From: Nemertoderma westbladi
Taxonomy: Eukaryota > Animalia > Xenacoelomorpha
Direction of reading: 5' to 3'
Assembly (NCBI GenBank): GCA_032718475.1
Contig: JAUCBJ010008883.1
Coordinates: forward strand, 1 to 60,830
Length of the DNA: 60,830 nt
In this document: positions 26,490 through 38,565 of the stretch, one piece after another
Layout: every line of letters starts with the position of its first letter
Position numbering within the stretch: the stretch's first letter is position 1
Translations under genes and position numbers: made by a program
Notes under the pieces: model-generated
What the model saw: the letters and a program-made list of their open reading frames with translations, nothing else
What the model was told of the DNA's origin: nothing
Database searches by the model: none

Positions 26490-27327
26490 TTAAAATAAAT
26501 TAAAGGAAGAACAGGAGTCTTACACCCCCAATAAAAAATATAGAATTAGGACATTTAGCCCAAAATATACTTCTCGACCCCTAGGGTCATTAATTTAATT
26601 TAATATATACATACCAACCCCCTGTTAGTCAGTATGTCGTTAACATCAATTATCATCTTATGAAAGTGGAGCACAATTCCGACATTACTGCAAATCATAA
26701 AATTTATATAAATTTTGTACTGTGTGTGTGCCCTAGCACTCTACCAGTTTTCCATTGCTGCATTGGTAACATATTTACTTACCATAGGTCTATAGGGTTC
26801 CTGTGTTCTGTGGTCTGACTTCTGTTTGTGCTAGGTGGTAACAGAGTTGATGGTGCGATTAATTTAGGTCATTGGTGCATTATAGATAGGCTTGGCTAAT
26901 TCCCTGTCCAGCTGACGAGGTGTCGAGGATTAGCGCGTACTGGTCCAAGACACCGAAACGCAACCATATTTTTCACAAATTAGTTATTTTTACCTCAGTC
27001 ATACCCCTTTCACGGCGACAAAATTGTCATATATTCTCTTATAGAATATAGGCTTAGCTATTGTGCAGTTTATTAACGGTATCATTTAGTGTATGGCGGG
27101 TAGGCTTAGGGTTAGGGTTGCGACACATGTATGTTTAGCATGTATTTATATTGTTTGTGTGTTTGTTGTTCTTCGATGGCCCAAGGGGTCGAGAAGTATA
27201 TTTTGGGCTAAATGTCCTATGTTCTATATTTTTTATTGGGGGTGTACGACTCCTGTTCTTCCTTTTATTAAATTTAATATATACATACCAACCCCCTGTT
27301 AGTCAGTATGTCGTTAACATCAATTAT
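26490..27327 (+). mobile_element. Hammerhead-containing non-autonomous retroelement (retrozyme or Penelope pLTR-like)
   Basis: 12-bp TSD CGGCTTTATATT (26478-26489, 27328-27339), 58-bp direct repeat (26597-26654, 27271-27328), ~90-bp inverted repeat (26502-26590, 27176-27265), internal hammerhead. Confidence 0.7.
26873..26966 (+). ncRNA. Type III hammerhead ribozyme (degenerate)
   Basis: Core CTGACGA (26912-26918) and GAAA (26955-26958). Stem II GGTGTC/GACACC is extended by GGATTAG/CTGGTCC. Stems I and III are partly mismatched. Confidence 0.7.
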
Positions 27328-28513
27328 CGGCTTTATATTGGCTGTTATAAATATCTTACATAGGCCTATAGTTTAAACTAGCTAGTAGTTCCCCTGGTTG
27401 AGGAGATGGGAAATCATTTACTGGGTCTTCGATAGGCTGCTAAGTTAACCCAGCAAAACAACTAAACTTTTAATTAATTATTGATTACATGCAAGGATTA
27501 AGAAGGAATTTTTTAATTTCATTTAAGGTTTACCGTTTACGTTTAATTAAACGAGAGATAGCCCCCCCCCCCCCCTCAAAAAAAAAAAATTAGCATTCAA
27601 ATTAACAACAACATTTCCATTAGGAAAGGATGTGGAGGATAGCCGGACTTACAATTTAGTTTATATTACGCGCGATCAATTTTCACTCGTCATGAACCTA
27701 GCCATGTATATCTTTTGTTAAATTTGTTGGCTATGCGTTTGCGGCTGTTTGAGCCGGCGTGTGATACACTTATCTCACTGAAACATTTTGGTTGTGAATT
27801 GTTACAGCAATCAGAGATTTTTCATTTATATTTTATTATGAGAGGAAGAAGAACATACGACGTTATTTAATGTACAGTATGTAACGGAATAATTGTTTTA
27901 AATTTGAATTTGAATTAATTATGTTATTTTTGGTGCACATCTTTTTAATTTATGATTTAAGATTATTATAATATAGAATAATTGTTTTAATAACTCCCTA
28001 AATAATTGATTTATAATTATATTTCAAATTATTTCCATGGTCATGGCAGCATGGTCATTCACCCGTCTTTAGTTAGAATTTTGTTTTCTAAATTACTGAT
28101 TTTTATCTCTATCACACTAGAATAATAATAATACAGGATAGGATAATTGGAAGCAAAGTGTGGCAGTATCAAATATTTCCCCGACACCCTAGCGTGTCTT
28201 AAGTATATGATATCTGAAAGGGGGAAGTTTGGATTCACTGCATGAATGCAGTTCACCAAACTTCCCCCGAATGCACACTGTCACGTAAATGCAGTTCATC
28301 TAACTTCCCACTTACACCAAATATCCACTTTTGAATTAATTTGAAGCAAAATAATAAGTTCAAAATTGTGTGGGTTTTTCATTGTGTGGTCCATTTGTTA
28401 TTTGATCTTTATTTATTGTTTAAAGTGCATTTAATGTCACACCTGGTTTTTTTGCCATATTTGATGTCTGTTGAACCTTTTCGTGAGTAATTTTCATGTT
28501 ACAAAGATGTTAA

Positions 28514-30122
28514 CCCTTTTACCACTGGGGTGTTTAGACCATTAGCAGCACTGGCCGGGGGACGGTTCGACCCCCCACTGTATTTTTGTAATCATCCAAT
28601 AAAATTCTACGAAATTTGGGCTGTAGGTGAAAAAATTATCGAAGAACATTTTCAAATCCAAAAAATGAAAATTTCATAAGGTGGGTATAATAATTTTCAT
28701 GAAAAATAGAAGTAGTCCTAGGACAAAATATACATTTTTTTTGATATTCTAAAAACTGATAGTGTGGCATTGTTGGCTAGCATTAGTAGGTTTTTCACTA
28801 TGCTGAATCGAATGTGATTATATTCCATTTCCGAAAATTGAACTGGATGCTATTTTTCATGCACCTAAGCAGTGGGCGTGGCACTTCAAATTTTGAAAAA
28901 TATGATATTCGGAAAAGCCCCCATCTTTTGATTTCAACACGTTTTTATAGGTTTTCTGGACCGCGGAATCGATTGAAAATATTACGAAACCTGAAGACTT
29001 AGTGGATCGTACTTTTTGGAGCACCAAAATTAGGGTGTGGCACTTCAAATATTGAAAAATACGAGATTCGGAAAATAAACCAAAGTTGAGATTTCAACGC
29101 ACATTTATAGGTTTTCTGGACCGCTGAATCAATTGAAAGTACTATAGGAACCTAGACGTGGTAGACATAGGAGAATAGACGTGGTGGACAGCCAATGACT
29201 TTCCTCAAACGCCTGCTCAAGGACACAGGACTTGAGAACAGGAATGAATTAGGAAATTGTATGGCTGACCGCAAGATCTGGGGGCGCTATGTTTCTGGGG
29301 CCGCCGGCACTGCACCCTAGTGCAAGCCGATCATCATCATCATCACTATAGGAGCCTGAAGACTTAGTGGTTCGGCATTTTGGTGCACCAAAATTAGGGG
29401 GTGGCACTTATTCAAATTTTGAAAAAGTACCACGCCCTAATTTTGGTGTACCAATAATGACATACCACTTGAAGCTTCAATAGTACTTTCAATCGATTCC
29501 GCGGTCCAGATAACCTATAAAAATTTGTTGAAATGAAAATCTTGTGATATTTTCTGAATATCGTAATTTTGAAAATTTGAAGTAAGCCTACTTGCCACGC
29601 TAATTTTGGTGCACCAAAAATGATGTACCACTAAGAATTTAGTCTTCTATGTTACTTTCAATCGATTAAGCGGGCCAGAAAACCCATAAAAATGCATTGA
29701 AATCATAACTTCTTCCTTAACGAATATTGCAATTTTGAAAATTTGAAGTGCCACGCCCTAATTTTAGTGCACCAAAAATGACGTACCACTTCTCTTACAT
29801 ACTTATATAGAGTAGTAGAGTGCTCCATACGAATCGAAATCAATAAAAAAAGCCCCAACATAAAGAATTACTAACTCACAAATGACCTTATAGAATTCGA
29901 AAATTTCAAAAAAATTTCTGTTGGGGACCAAATTTTGAGGTGGCACCCACATCGAAAAGTTGAAATCTAATTGCAACGCCGTTTTTCGCAAAAGATGCGC
30001 CATTAAATTTGACTAATTCTCGTTAAAAATTGGGCTGGTACATAATGTGGTTGCATAGATACAGCAATTAAAAACTAGGAAGGGGCCGATTAGCCCCCCC
30101 CCCCCCCCCAGTGGTAATAGGG
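28514..30122. mobile_element. piggyBac-like non-autonomous element with internal inverted repeat arrays
   Basis: TTAA TSD (28510-28513, 30123-30126). TIRs CCCTTTTACCACTGGGG and CCCCAGTGGTAATAGGG. Confidence 0.85.
29154..29344 (+). mobile_element. 3' end of a third RTE family with (CAT)n tail
   Basis: Encodes RRGGQPMTFLKRLLKDTGLE, homologous to the family A C-terminus. TSD ACTATAGGA(A/G)CCT (29141-29153, 29345-29357). Confidence 0.8.
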
Positions 30123-31184
30123 TTAAGAATACAGTTAAAAACCACAGAAAGTAATGTATTGAACTATGAACTGTATTTGACCTTATTGAACTATGTATTT
30201 CACCTTTTTGCAAAAAATTTTCACTTTTGCACACTTATTTGTACAAGTGCACTTTAGCGGATCCTAAAGGTGGTTCATATTTAACACACTTATGTTTATC
30301 CTATCTGATCTACGATGGTGTAAGATCAAGTGTCAGTTCCTAAAAGTATCAAAAAGTGCAATTTAATAAATCGCGACATTTGCGATTTTGGACCATATTC
30401 ATGGACATTTTAAGTCACATTATTGACATAAAAAGTTAAACATATGTTAAGAATATGAATATAGTGAGAAATCACTCCAAACTACATTTTAATCCAAAAA
30501 AACATTCTATGATGAATAGAACTGGAAATAATAGTGTTAGAAATATAGAAAAAAATGTGCACTTATTAATTTTTTGCACATTTTGCGCATTTTGCACTAA
30601 GTGCACAAGCGTTTTTTCCCAAGTTGTATCCTATTTCACACACTACAATCTATCTTCTATCCAATGAAAAACGTTTCAGATCAAACGGCCCAGTAGAACC
30701 GAAATTATTGATGTTTAAAAATAGACACGCTCAAACTTCGGTTCTGATGGTCCAAATTCAATAAAAGTGGGTGGACCACCGAATAGTGGCGAATTTTAGA
30801 CTAAAGAAGACAATTGTTTAAATTGTATTGCTTAATTGGTAATCCGATACTCACATTGTACGTACATACAGTAAGATATACAGTATTTTGTAGTATAATT
30901 ACAGCATTAAAAGTTAAGTTACATTAATACTTTGGACAATGGCGTGGCTAGTATTATAGCGTAATGTAGTGTCAGGGAGTGCCGTGCAGGTAGGGGTGGT
31001 GTACAATGCGTGCAAAAAGTTACTATTATGTGGATTGTGAAGTGAGAGATTGTTACTGTTTCTGTTTATACGCAAATAATTAATCATGCTATAAGTTAAT
31101 CTCCAGCACATTCAATTGTTTCACTGGAGATCCGATGATGATCCAGGTATATAATACTAAACTAATGAGTCGAGTTAGGAAATA

Positions 31185-32130
31185 CATTGCACATACCAAA
31201 CAGGGTGACATTGTCGTTCTGGCAATAGAATATAACATCAACATCATCTGCATCCAAGAACATTGGATTTGTCATGAAGACACTGCCATGAAGTACAATG
31301 ACATTGGAAATGGATGGACGTTAGTAACAACTCAGCAGTAATGGCCATTGCATCAGTTGGCCAGTGCATCAATTGGTGGAGTAGGAATTCTACTAAGCCC
31401 ATTTGCACTTAAGACCCTAAACAACATCGAATCTATAAATTCCAGGGATATGATCGCAACATTTGATGGGAATCCCAAGGCAACCGTTATATGTTGCTAC
31501 AGTCCAACCAATGCCTCAGAGCCAGAACAAGCAGTCAAGTTTTATGAAGATCTGACTGGACTTATAAAGGACATTCCGAAACACACACAATGTTAAAGTC
31601 ATTGCTGGTGACCTGAATGCGCAAATTGGCCCAGAAGACATCAAGGGTTACACTTATAACACCAGTTCTAACAGAAATGGGTACTTACTTTTAGACCTAA
31701 TGGAAGAATGTGAATTAATACCAACAAACAACACATTCGAAAAGAGTACGAGGAAGCTATGGACCTTTCAATACCCTAATGGAACCAAACCACAACTGGA
31801 TCACATCCTTATAAACAAAAAGTGGAGAAACAGCATGATCAACTGCGAGGCATACAGCTCGTTTAACCTAATAGGTTTGGACCACAGAATTGTGACTGCA
31901 GAAATCAGACACAGTTTCAGAGCCAGCGAACCAAGGACAAGCAAGCAAATCAACTATGACTGGGAGAAACTAAGAACTGACAATGCTGTAAAGGATGCTG
32001 ACACAGTAGAAGTTCAAAACCGCTTTGAAGCACTTCAGTCAATGGATGAAGACCAGTCCACCGATTCAATATACCAGAATATAATAACAGCCCACAAGGA
32101 ATCAGCTAAGAGGCATATCCCCCAGAAACC
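31185..32130 (+). mobile_element. RTE LINE family B, 5' part (APE endonuclease)
   Basis: ICIQEH, CCYSPTN, AGDLNAQ, QLDHILIN and DHRIVTA motifs, with frameshifts. Confidence 0.85.
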
Positions 32131-33659
32131 TCTTTAGATCTTGGAAAAGATTTGATCAAGAAGCCTTTATTGCTGATATTACCACAAAATAATTACATCG
32201 CGAAATGCCACCGAATCAAAGGACATTCGAATCTTGGCTCACAGAACTGAGAGAAATTTTCGAGAAACATGTGCCTTTAATTAATAAAACTGTAAAAATC
32301 AACCCTAAACATGAAACGATCAGAGATGTTGATCGGGACAATATTCAAATCGTGAGGCAAGAAAAAACGCCGCCTTGAAAGAGCCCATAAAAGTAAAAGA
32401 TGTGATGTGAACAAGCATGCTTTGAATTTAGCTGAATTAAAACTGGTACAAGCGCTACAAAATTCTACGCGCCTTTACTATCAAGAATTTGTAGAGAATA
32501 ACGCTTCTAACTCTCGTCTTTTATGGAAACAGTTTAAAAAGTTACTTGGTAAGACTAATAAAATAGTCTTACCAAAGACGCTAGGACAGGCTACAGAGCT
32601 GGCTGAGCGAAATTAACCGTATTCTTTGCCACCAAGGTGAACAATATAGTCGCTCAATTTGAAAATAGTTATGATGCCAGCAACTTATCCAGGCGGTATG
32701 ATACTCCTTTCTCAATTTTTCGTCAAGTTAAACAGGAAGATGTCATAAAGATTGTGAAAACCATGTGTAATGCATCATGTGAGCTGGATTGTATACCAAC
32801 ACCCCTTTTTAAGCTGATCCTACCTAATATTATTGAACCACTTACACAATATATCAACATTTGTCTTGCTAATGGAGAATTTCCCACTATACTAAAGAAG
32901 GCGCTGTGTAAGCTGTTACTAAAGAAGCCCCGGCTAAATCCTGAAGTTCTTAAGAATTACCACCCAGTGAGCAACCTCAGTTTCATCTCAAAATTGTTTG
33001 AGAGAATTATTCTTCAACAATCGATAATTCAACTTCGGTTACACAAGAATCAATCTGGGTATAGAGCATTTCATTCAACCAAGACTGTGAATACCTTCTT
33101 GCATAGTCAATTTCTTAAATCAATGAATAACCAGAAAGTAACATTATGTGCCTGTTTGGATTTAACAGCGGCCTTTGATACAATTAACCATAAAAACCTA
33201 CTAAATAAACTCGAAGTTAATTTTGGTTTCACAGGGAATGCGCTAAATTTATTCAAAACATACTTAAACGGTCGTTCCCAACAAGTAGTGATTGATGGCA
33301 CCATGGGAAAATAAACTATTTTAAGGACAGGTGTTCCCCAAAGTAGCGTGTTAGGTCCGGTACTCTTCGATGTCTACATGGTCGATCTGTTCTGTACGCT
33401 AGACAAAGAGGATTGTCTTTTTTCAAACTACGCCGATGATACTTAAGTTTTTAGGTCGAGCTATGCAGAGGTCATCGAGAATAGTAAAGAATGTTTAAGT
33501 AATGTACTGGATAAAGTAGGTCAGTGGATGCGATCAAATCAACTTCAGTTAAATCCTGATAAAACCGAGGTGGCATGTTTCGGTACAAGACAACAATTGG
33601 AGAAAATCCCTACAGCCCAGAGATATATTTCAGTTGGAGATTGTATAATAAATTTCTCC

Positions 33660-34160
33660 TGTGGTGGGATCGACTCTCAGATCCCGACCGGGTAAGGTTG
33701 TACCTGTACGGGTATGCGTCACTTGGCTGCTGGGCTGCTGGGCTAGTATCTTTGGCCGAAGGCCTTTGGGGAAAATAATAGAGTTTGTTTCTCAGTATTA
33801 ATGATCTCAGAAATAATAGCACAGTCAGATGTATACAGGTATAGTAACAATAATCAGTATAGCATAAATGACGGTCAAAACCATGCCAGTCCGCAACTGT
33901 GTGATAATCAACTGACTGGTAAATCAGTAATCAGAGTAACTATATGATTGATACATATTGGTTTCAACTCTACACTACTGTGGCCTTTGGTACCCAATGG
34001 ATGCCCTCCTATCTTTCCCCACGTGCTTCCCTGCCTGCTATTGGCTTATATACTAATTGTCACTTCGCCACTCCCTTTAGGTGTTATCCCCTGGTGCTAG
34101 CCTCGCTAGCTGGGTTGTCCCTCTGAGGTGGTTTGACCTCTCACCTCTCTCTGTGGCTTA
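33660..34160. other. Unassigned insertion within the L2 (possible LTR fragment)
   Basis: L2 homology stops at ~33660 and resumes at ~34160. The insert starts TGTGG; no clear TSD. Confidence 0.4.
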
Positions 34161-34293
34161 GGGCGTGTGTTGCGAGATTCGACATTGTTGATGCCGAAAG
34201 AATATACCGATCGGCTACTGCCATGCTTTGCCAACTTCATTGGCTGCCGATTAGTTCGCGAATAGAGTTTAAACAAACCCTTATAGTCTACAA

Positions 34294-35234
34294 GTTGACT
34301 ATGTTCTACGCATGTCCTTAGATCATCATAATGATGATGGGGTGATGATAACTCCACCTACTGGCTCCAGAAGTCGAGGAAATCCTGCCAAGTACCTAAC
34401 TGATCTAGACTTTGCTGATGACTTAGGAGTACTCTCAGAATCACTAGAGGGAGCCCAACGGCTCCTCAGCTCATTAGAACATGCTGCTTCTAGTGTTAGT
34501 CTTTTTATTAACTCCAGAAAGACCAACATTTTGACAGTTAACTTTGAAAGTCCTCAGCAAGTCTCTGATCGGATGAGCATAAGCTCAAAAGATGGTATGC
34601 TTGAGCATGTGGATGACTTCTGTTACCTGGGATCATGGATCCGGAAGTCAGGTGAGGACCTTCGAATACGTAAAGGGAAAGGCATGGGCAGCCTTGAATA
34701 GGCTTTCCAGGATTTGGAAGTCACCGAGAATTAATGGGAAACTTAAGGTCCAGTTATTTAGAGCAGCAGTAGTTCCAGTACTCCTCTATTGGAGTCCATG
34801 CTGGGCTCTAACTGCTGAGAACACCAAATCTCTGGATGAGACATTCACAAGAATGCTACGCCGGGTTCATTGTGTCAAATTCAATGCACACATCTCCAAC
34901 CAGACACTATATAACATTATATAACATTGGAGGTGTCTCATTGGTTCCCCCAAGCTTGACACTAGAACAAAATCGCCTCCGCTTTGCAGGACATTGCTTT
35001 CGCCGTGAGGACCAGCCAGTGCATAATCTTGTACTTTGGCAGCCTCATGGAGTGAATAAGCATGGTGGACAGTCCATGACTTTCTTGAGACGCATCTTAA
35101 AGGACACTGGCCTTGAAGATGCAGATGATCTATCAAATGTCATGGGTGATAGGGAGTTGTGGCAGTGCAATTTTGTCGATAAGCCAGCACAGCATTATTA
35201 AAAATGCAGCTGCAATGCAGCATGCCGATCCTAG
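34294..35234 (+). mobile_element. RTE LINE family A, copy 3
   Basis: DLDFADD and neighbouring RT motifs. 12-bp TSD TATAGTCTACAA (34282-34293, 35235-35246). Confidence 0.93.
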
Positions 35235-35613
35235 TATAGTCTACAAATGTTTAGCCGGCGATTCACCCATTTATCTAAGTGAGAACATCAAACGTGTTGA
35301 ACAGGTGAGATCGCTAAGGTCATCCAGCTGTCTTACACTTCAGGTTCCACATATAACAACAAATGCAGCCACCGCTAGCTTCCGCCGTGCAGGCCCAAAT
35401 CTATGGAATAACCTCCCCAACAATATGAAACAGGAATTACCATCACTTGCGTGCTTCAAAAAGAAACTTGAAAGAAACTTATTTTAAAATAAGAGGGACT
35501 AAACTAGATAGGTAGTACGTAGTCTGTGTAGGCAGCAGGCGCTTTGATAAGGTAGTAAGACCCCTAAAGGCGCCTGCTATAACAAATATAAGTACAATAT
35601 TATTATTATTATT

Positions 35614-36360
35614 AAACCCAAACGAAAACAGTATGTGCCATGGCAAAACTCTAAGGTTACTTGTAAGAGAGAAGATCTTAAGATAGCCTACAAAGTTAAA
35701 ACCGAACAACCAACAACCGAAAATATTAACAAGGTTGAGAAAGCTAAGGATGATCTTAAATTGGCCTACAACATCAACCAGGAAAAGTACATACAATACA
35801 TACAGTACTAAAGCCTCTCCCCAAGAAAGGAGACCTTGGTATACCAAGAAACTATCGTGGGATCTGTCTGCTTGTGGTAGCTGCCAAAATATACAATAAA
35901 ATTATTCTATATAGGATTAGGCCTCACATAGAGAAACTACTGAAGAGCCTGAACGGATTTCGACCAAATATATCAACAATAGCTCAGATACTTGCACTAC
36001 AGAGACTGATTGAAGGAACTAAGTCAAAGAATCTCCCCGCAGTCATAACATTTGTGGACTTCAATAAGGCATTCGACTCCATCCATAGAGGTAAAATGCT
36101 TGAAATACTAAGAGCTTATGGAATACCAGAAGTAATTGTTGCTGGCATTGGATTGTTATATTGTGACACAGAAGCACAACTACTCCCACCAGATGGTGAA
36201 ACTGAGTTTTCTCAATCCTGGCTGGCATACTCCAAGGTAACACATTAGCACCATTACTATTTGTAATTGTGCTGGATTACGCAATGAGGACGGCCACAAA
36301 GGGTGAAGATCTGGGATCCACACTTCAAGAACGCAGAAGTAGTAGATATCCAGAAATCAT
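35614..36360 (+). mobile_element. RTE LINE family B, continuation (linker and RT N-terminal part)
   Basis: Resumes HIPQ|KPKRKQYVPW. Contains AAKIYNKIIL and FVDFNKAFDSIHR. Stops just before the FADD motif. Confidence 0.85.
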
Positions 36361-37045
36361 TGGAAAACTAATGGATCTTAGATCTTTGATATGAGCATAG
36401 CCCTTCCTTAGGGGTAGAATAACATACGTTGATAGCTAGACGTAAAGGATATTGTTTACTAAAGATATTTTAGTAAATTAGATCCAATAGTTGATGAGTA
36501 GTATATATATTATTAGATACAATAGACTGCTACCAAATTACTACACCTTATGGCCATGAGGTATAGATGAGTGCCAATAAGAGACAAACGAAGATTCCAT
36601 ATCTGCAATAAATACATTGCAAACTTCAATAAAATACCTGACGGCTTCGTTCATAAATATATTTTGAGGCGAAACGACCCATCCGCCATATGGTGTCCTT
36701 AAAGTGATAATTACTCGATTTTGGAACAATATAACGACACTAAAAAGAACTGACTGAGTTTTACTAATAGGCCACGTGTAAGATGATTCCGCAAGGCCTA
36801 TATATTATTTATTGAATAAGTTAAGTTTGTTTAAGTTACTCTATAATGTACAATGCTCTATATTATGTATACTATATGTTCTCATATAATATTAATATTT
36901 TTGATGTTTCAATATTTACAAATGTATAAAAATTATAATAAAAATATGTAGGGTACAAAAATACATTGTTGCGTTTTTCCTTCCTCTCTACGTTTTTCCT
37001 CCCTCTCTGGTCATTCCCTCCCTTGTTTACAGTCTGTTTTACCCC

Positions 37046-37117
37046 AGCCATGGCTCACTCGGTAAAGCGCGAGCGCCGGACTTTGAAAGTAATATGTGCA
37101 GGTTCGATTCTGTAAGA
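37046..37117 (+). other. tRNA-derived Pol III promoter-like head (not a functional tRNA)
   Basis: A box TGGCTCACTCGG (37051-37062) and B box GGTTCGATTC (37101-37110). No acceptor stem. Confidence 0.6.
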
Positions 37118-38129
37118 AAGATAATATTTTTTTTGTAAATTCAGCAGAAACTTTATTTATTGATTTTTTTTATGAAAGTCATTATGAATGAAGTATTTAA
37201 GTACTTTTTAGCATTATTTAGTGTTCATACGTCAAGACCCACCCGTCATGATGTGATAGTTTAATTTGGAATAAGTATTTTTAATTAATTGAATTGTGCT
37301 TAATATAGGTTAGTTTAATTTGGAATAAGTATTTTTTGAATTGAATTGTGCATAATATAGGTTATATATAGGTTAAATGAAGGTTATATTTGGGGAAAAC
37401 ATCTTGCGACAATCATAATGTCGCTGTTGATGTTTTCTGGTACTGCAGTAGCTATACATGAAAAAACTCATTTATTTTTACGATATTATGGCTAATTTAT
37501 TGAAGATTTTGAATTCCGAATTTTATTGGAAACTAGGAGATATTTAATCATGTTTATATCTGTATTGAAACCGCAGTAAATAAGGTGGATCTAAACTAAT
37601 GTTGATACAGAATTTCAACATCCATAATTTGTGCAATTTTATACCTAAACGGTTGATTTAGATTCTGTTTATGTTTGAACTCTAGTTATGCGCATGCGCC
37701 AGGCCCATTCCATGTAGGTGATAAGAAGGGCGCTGTGATTGGCCATTTATCTGTTTGCTGGACGATTAAGAAAGCTAGTAGCTACTCATATCCAAGCAAA
37801 AACCGGTTTACATAATTTTTATGCAATGTCAACGAGAACTTACTGGATCCGATAAAAACCAGTTTTGTTGTTATATGGTTGCAAAACAGACCTATTGATT
37901 ATTATTCAAGAATTTTATATTGAATTTGTTCAGATTGTATTGAATTTATCTGATATTATGTTCTGATTTTATACCATAAAAACGTAACATATACAGATAT
38001 CTATTAACCCTAATTGTGTTTTGTTTGTGTTGGTGAATTTGTTAATCAAAATGGTGGAATAAAGACACCCGGTGATCGGTTCGGAATTAAAACCCGTTGT
38101 TTTTACAACACTGCAGACTGGAGAACTGC

Positions 38130-38395
38130 AGATGGATTCGCCTCCTTTGAAAGTCACAGCTAATGGTCTAATACATATCTGCCAAGTTTCAGCTTAAACG
38201 GATTAAAAGCAAAGAAATGGGAGGGCATTTAATGTTTAGACATGTGGCCCTCTAGCGGGAGACCATTGCACTGATGGTGTCTGAAAGTCTCTCAAAAATC
38301 TCAACTTTTGCTCATATTGATACCTACAAATTTTCAACTTGGCAGCTTTAAATCCGACAAAGTTATTAGCATGTCAAAATCGTAACGACGACGAC

Positions 38396-38427
<32 letters not shown>

Positions 38428-38522
38428 CAACGACGACGACGACGACAACTATTTGCATAAATTAACCCACCCCCTAACAGTGTCAATTCGCTAAGGCTCC
38501 GCCAACTTCGTGGCTCGCCCCA
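38130..38522. mobile_element. HINE/DINE-1-like element with (GAC)n microsatellite
   Basis: (CGA)n run at 38386-38447, core-like 'gccaagtttcagcttaaacgg', terminal GCCA-acttcg-TGGC hairpin. Left boundary uncertain. Confidence 0.45.
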
Positions 38523-38565
38523 CAGGCAGCACTGAAGTGCAAAGGGGGGAGAGTGTAGATATATT

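Larger units (their letters stand above)
27548..30321 (-). mobile_element. CAC-terminus repeat, copy 2 (interrupted by the piggyBac-like element)
   Basis: Reverse complement of 226-1335 on both sides of 28514-30122. Confidence 0.6.
32131..35613 (+). mobile_element. L2-clade LINE (RT) inserted into RTE-B, itself interrupted twice
   Basis: SCELDCIPT, PVSNLSFISKLFE, LDLTAAFDTINH, YADDT and LHWLPI motifs. (ATT)n tail. AAACC on both flanks (tentative TSD). Confidence 0.85.

Noticed and set aside
27106-27117. Telomeric TTAGGG repeats
   Set aside because: Only two units, which is not significant.
37046-37117. Functional tRNA genes here and at 40635-40705
   Set aside because: Acceptor and anticodon stems do not pair.
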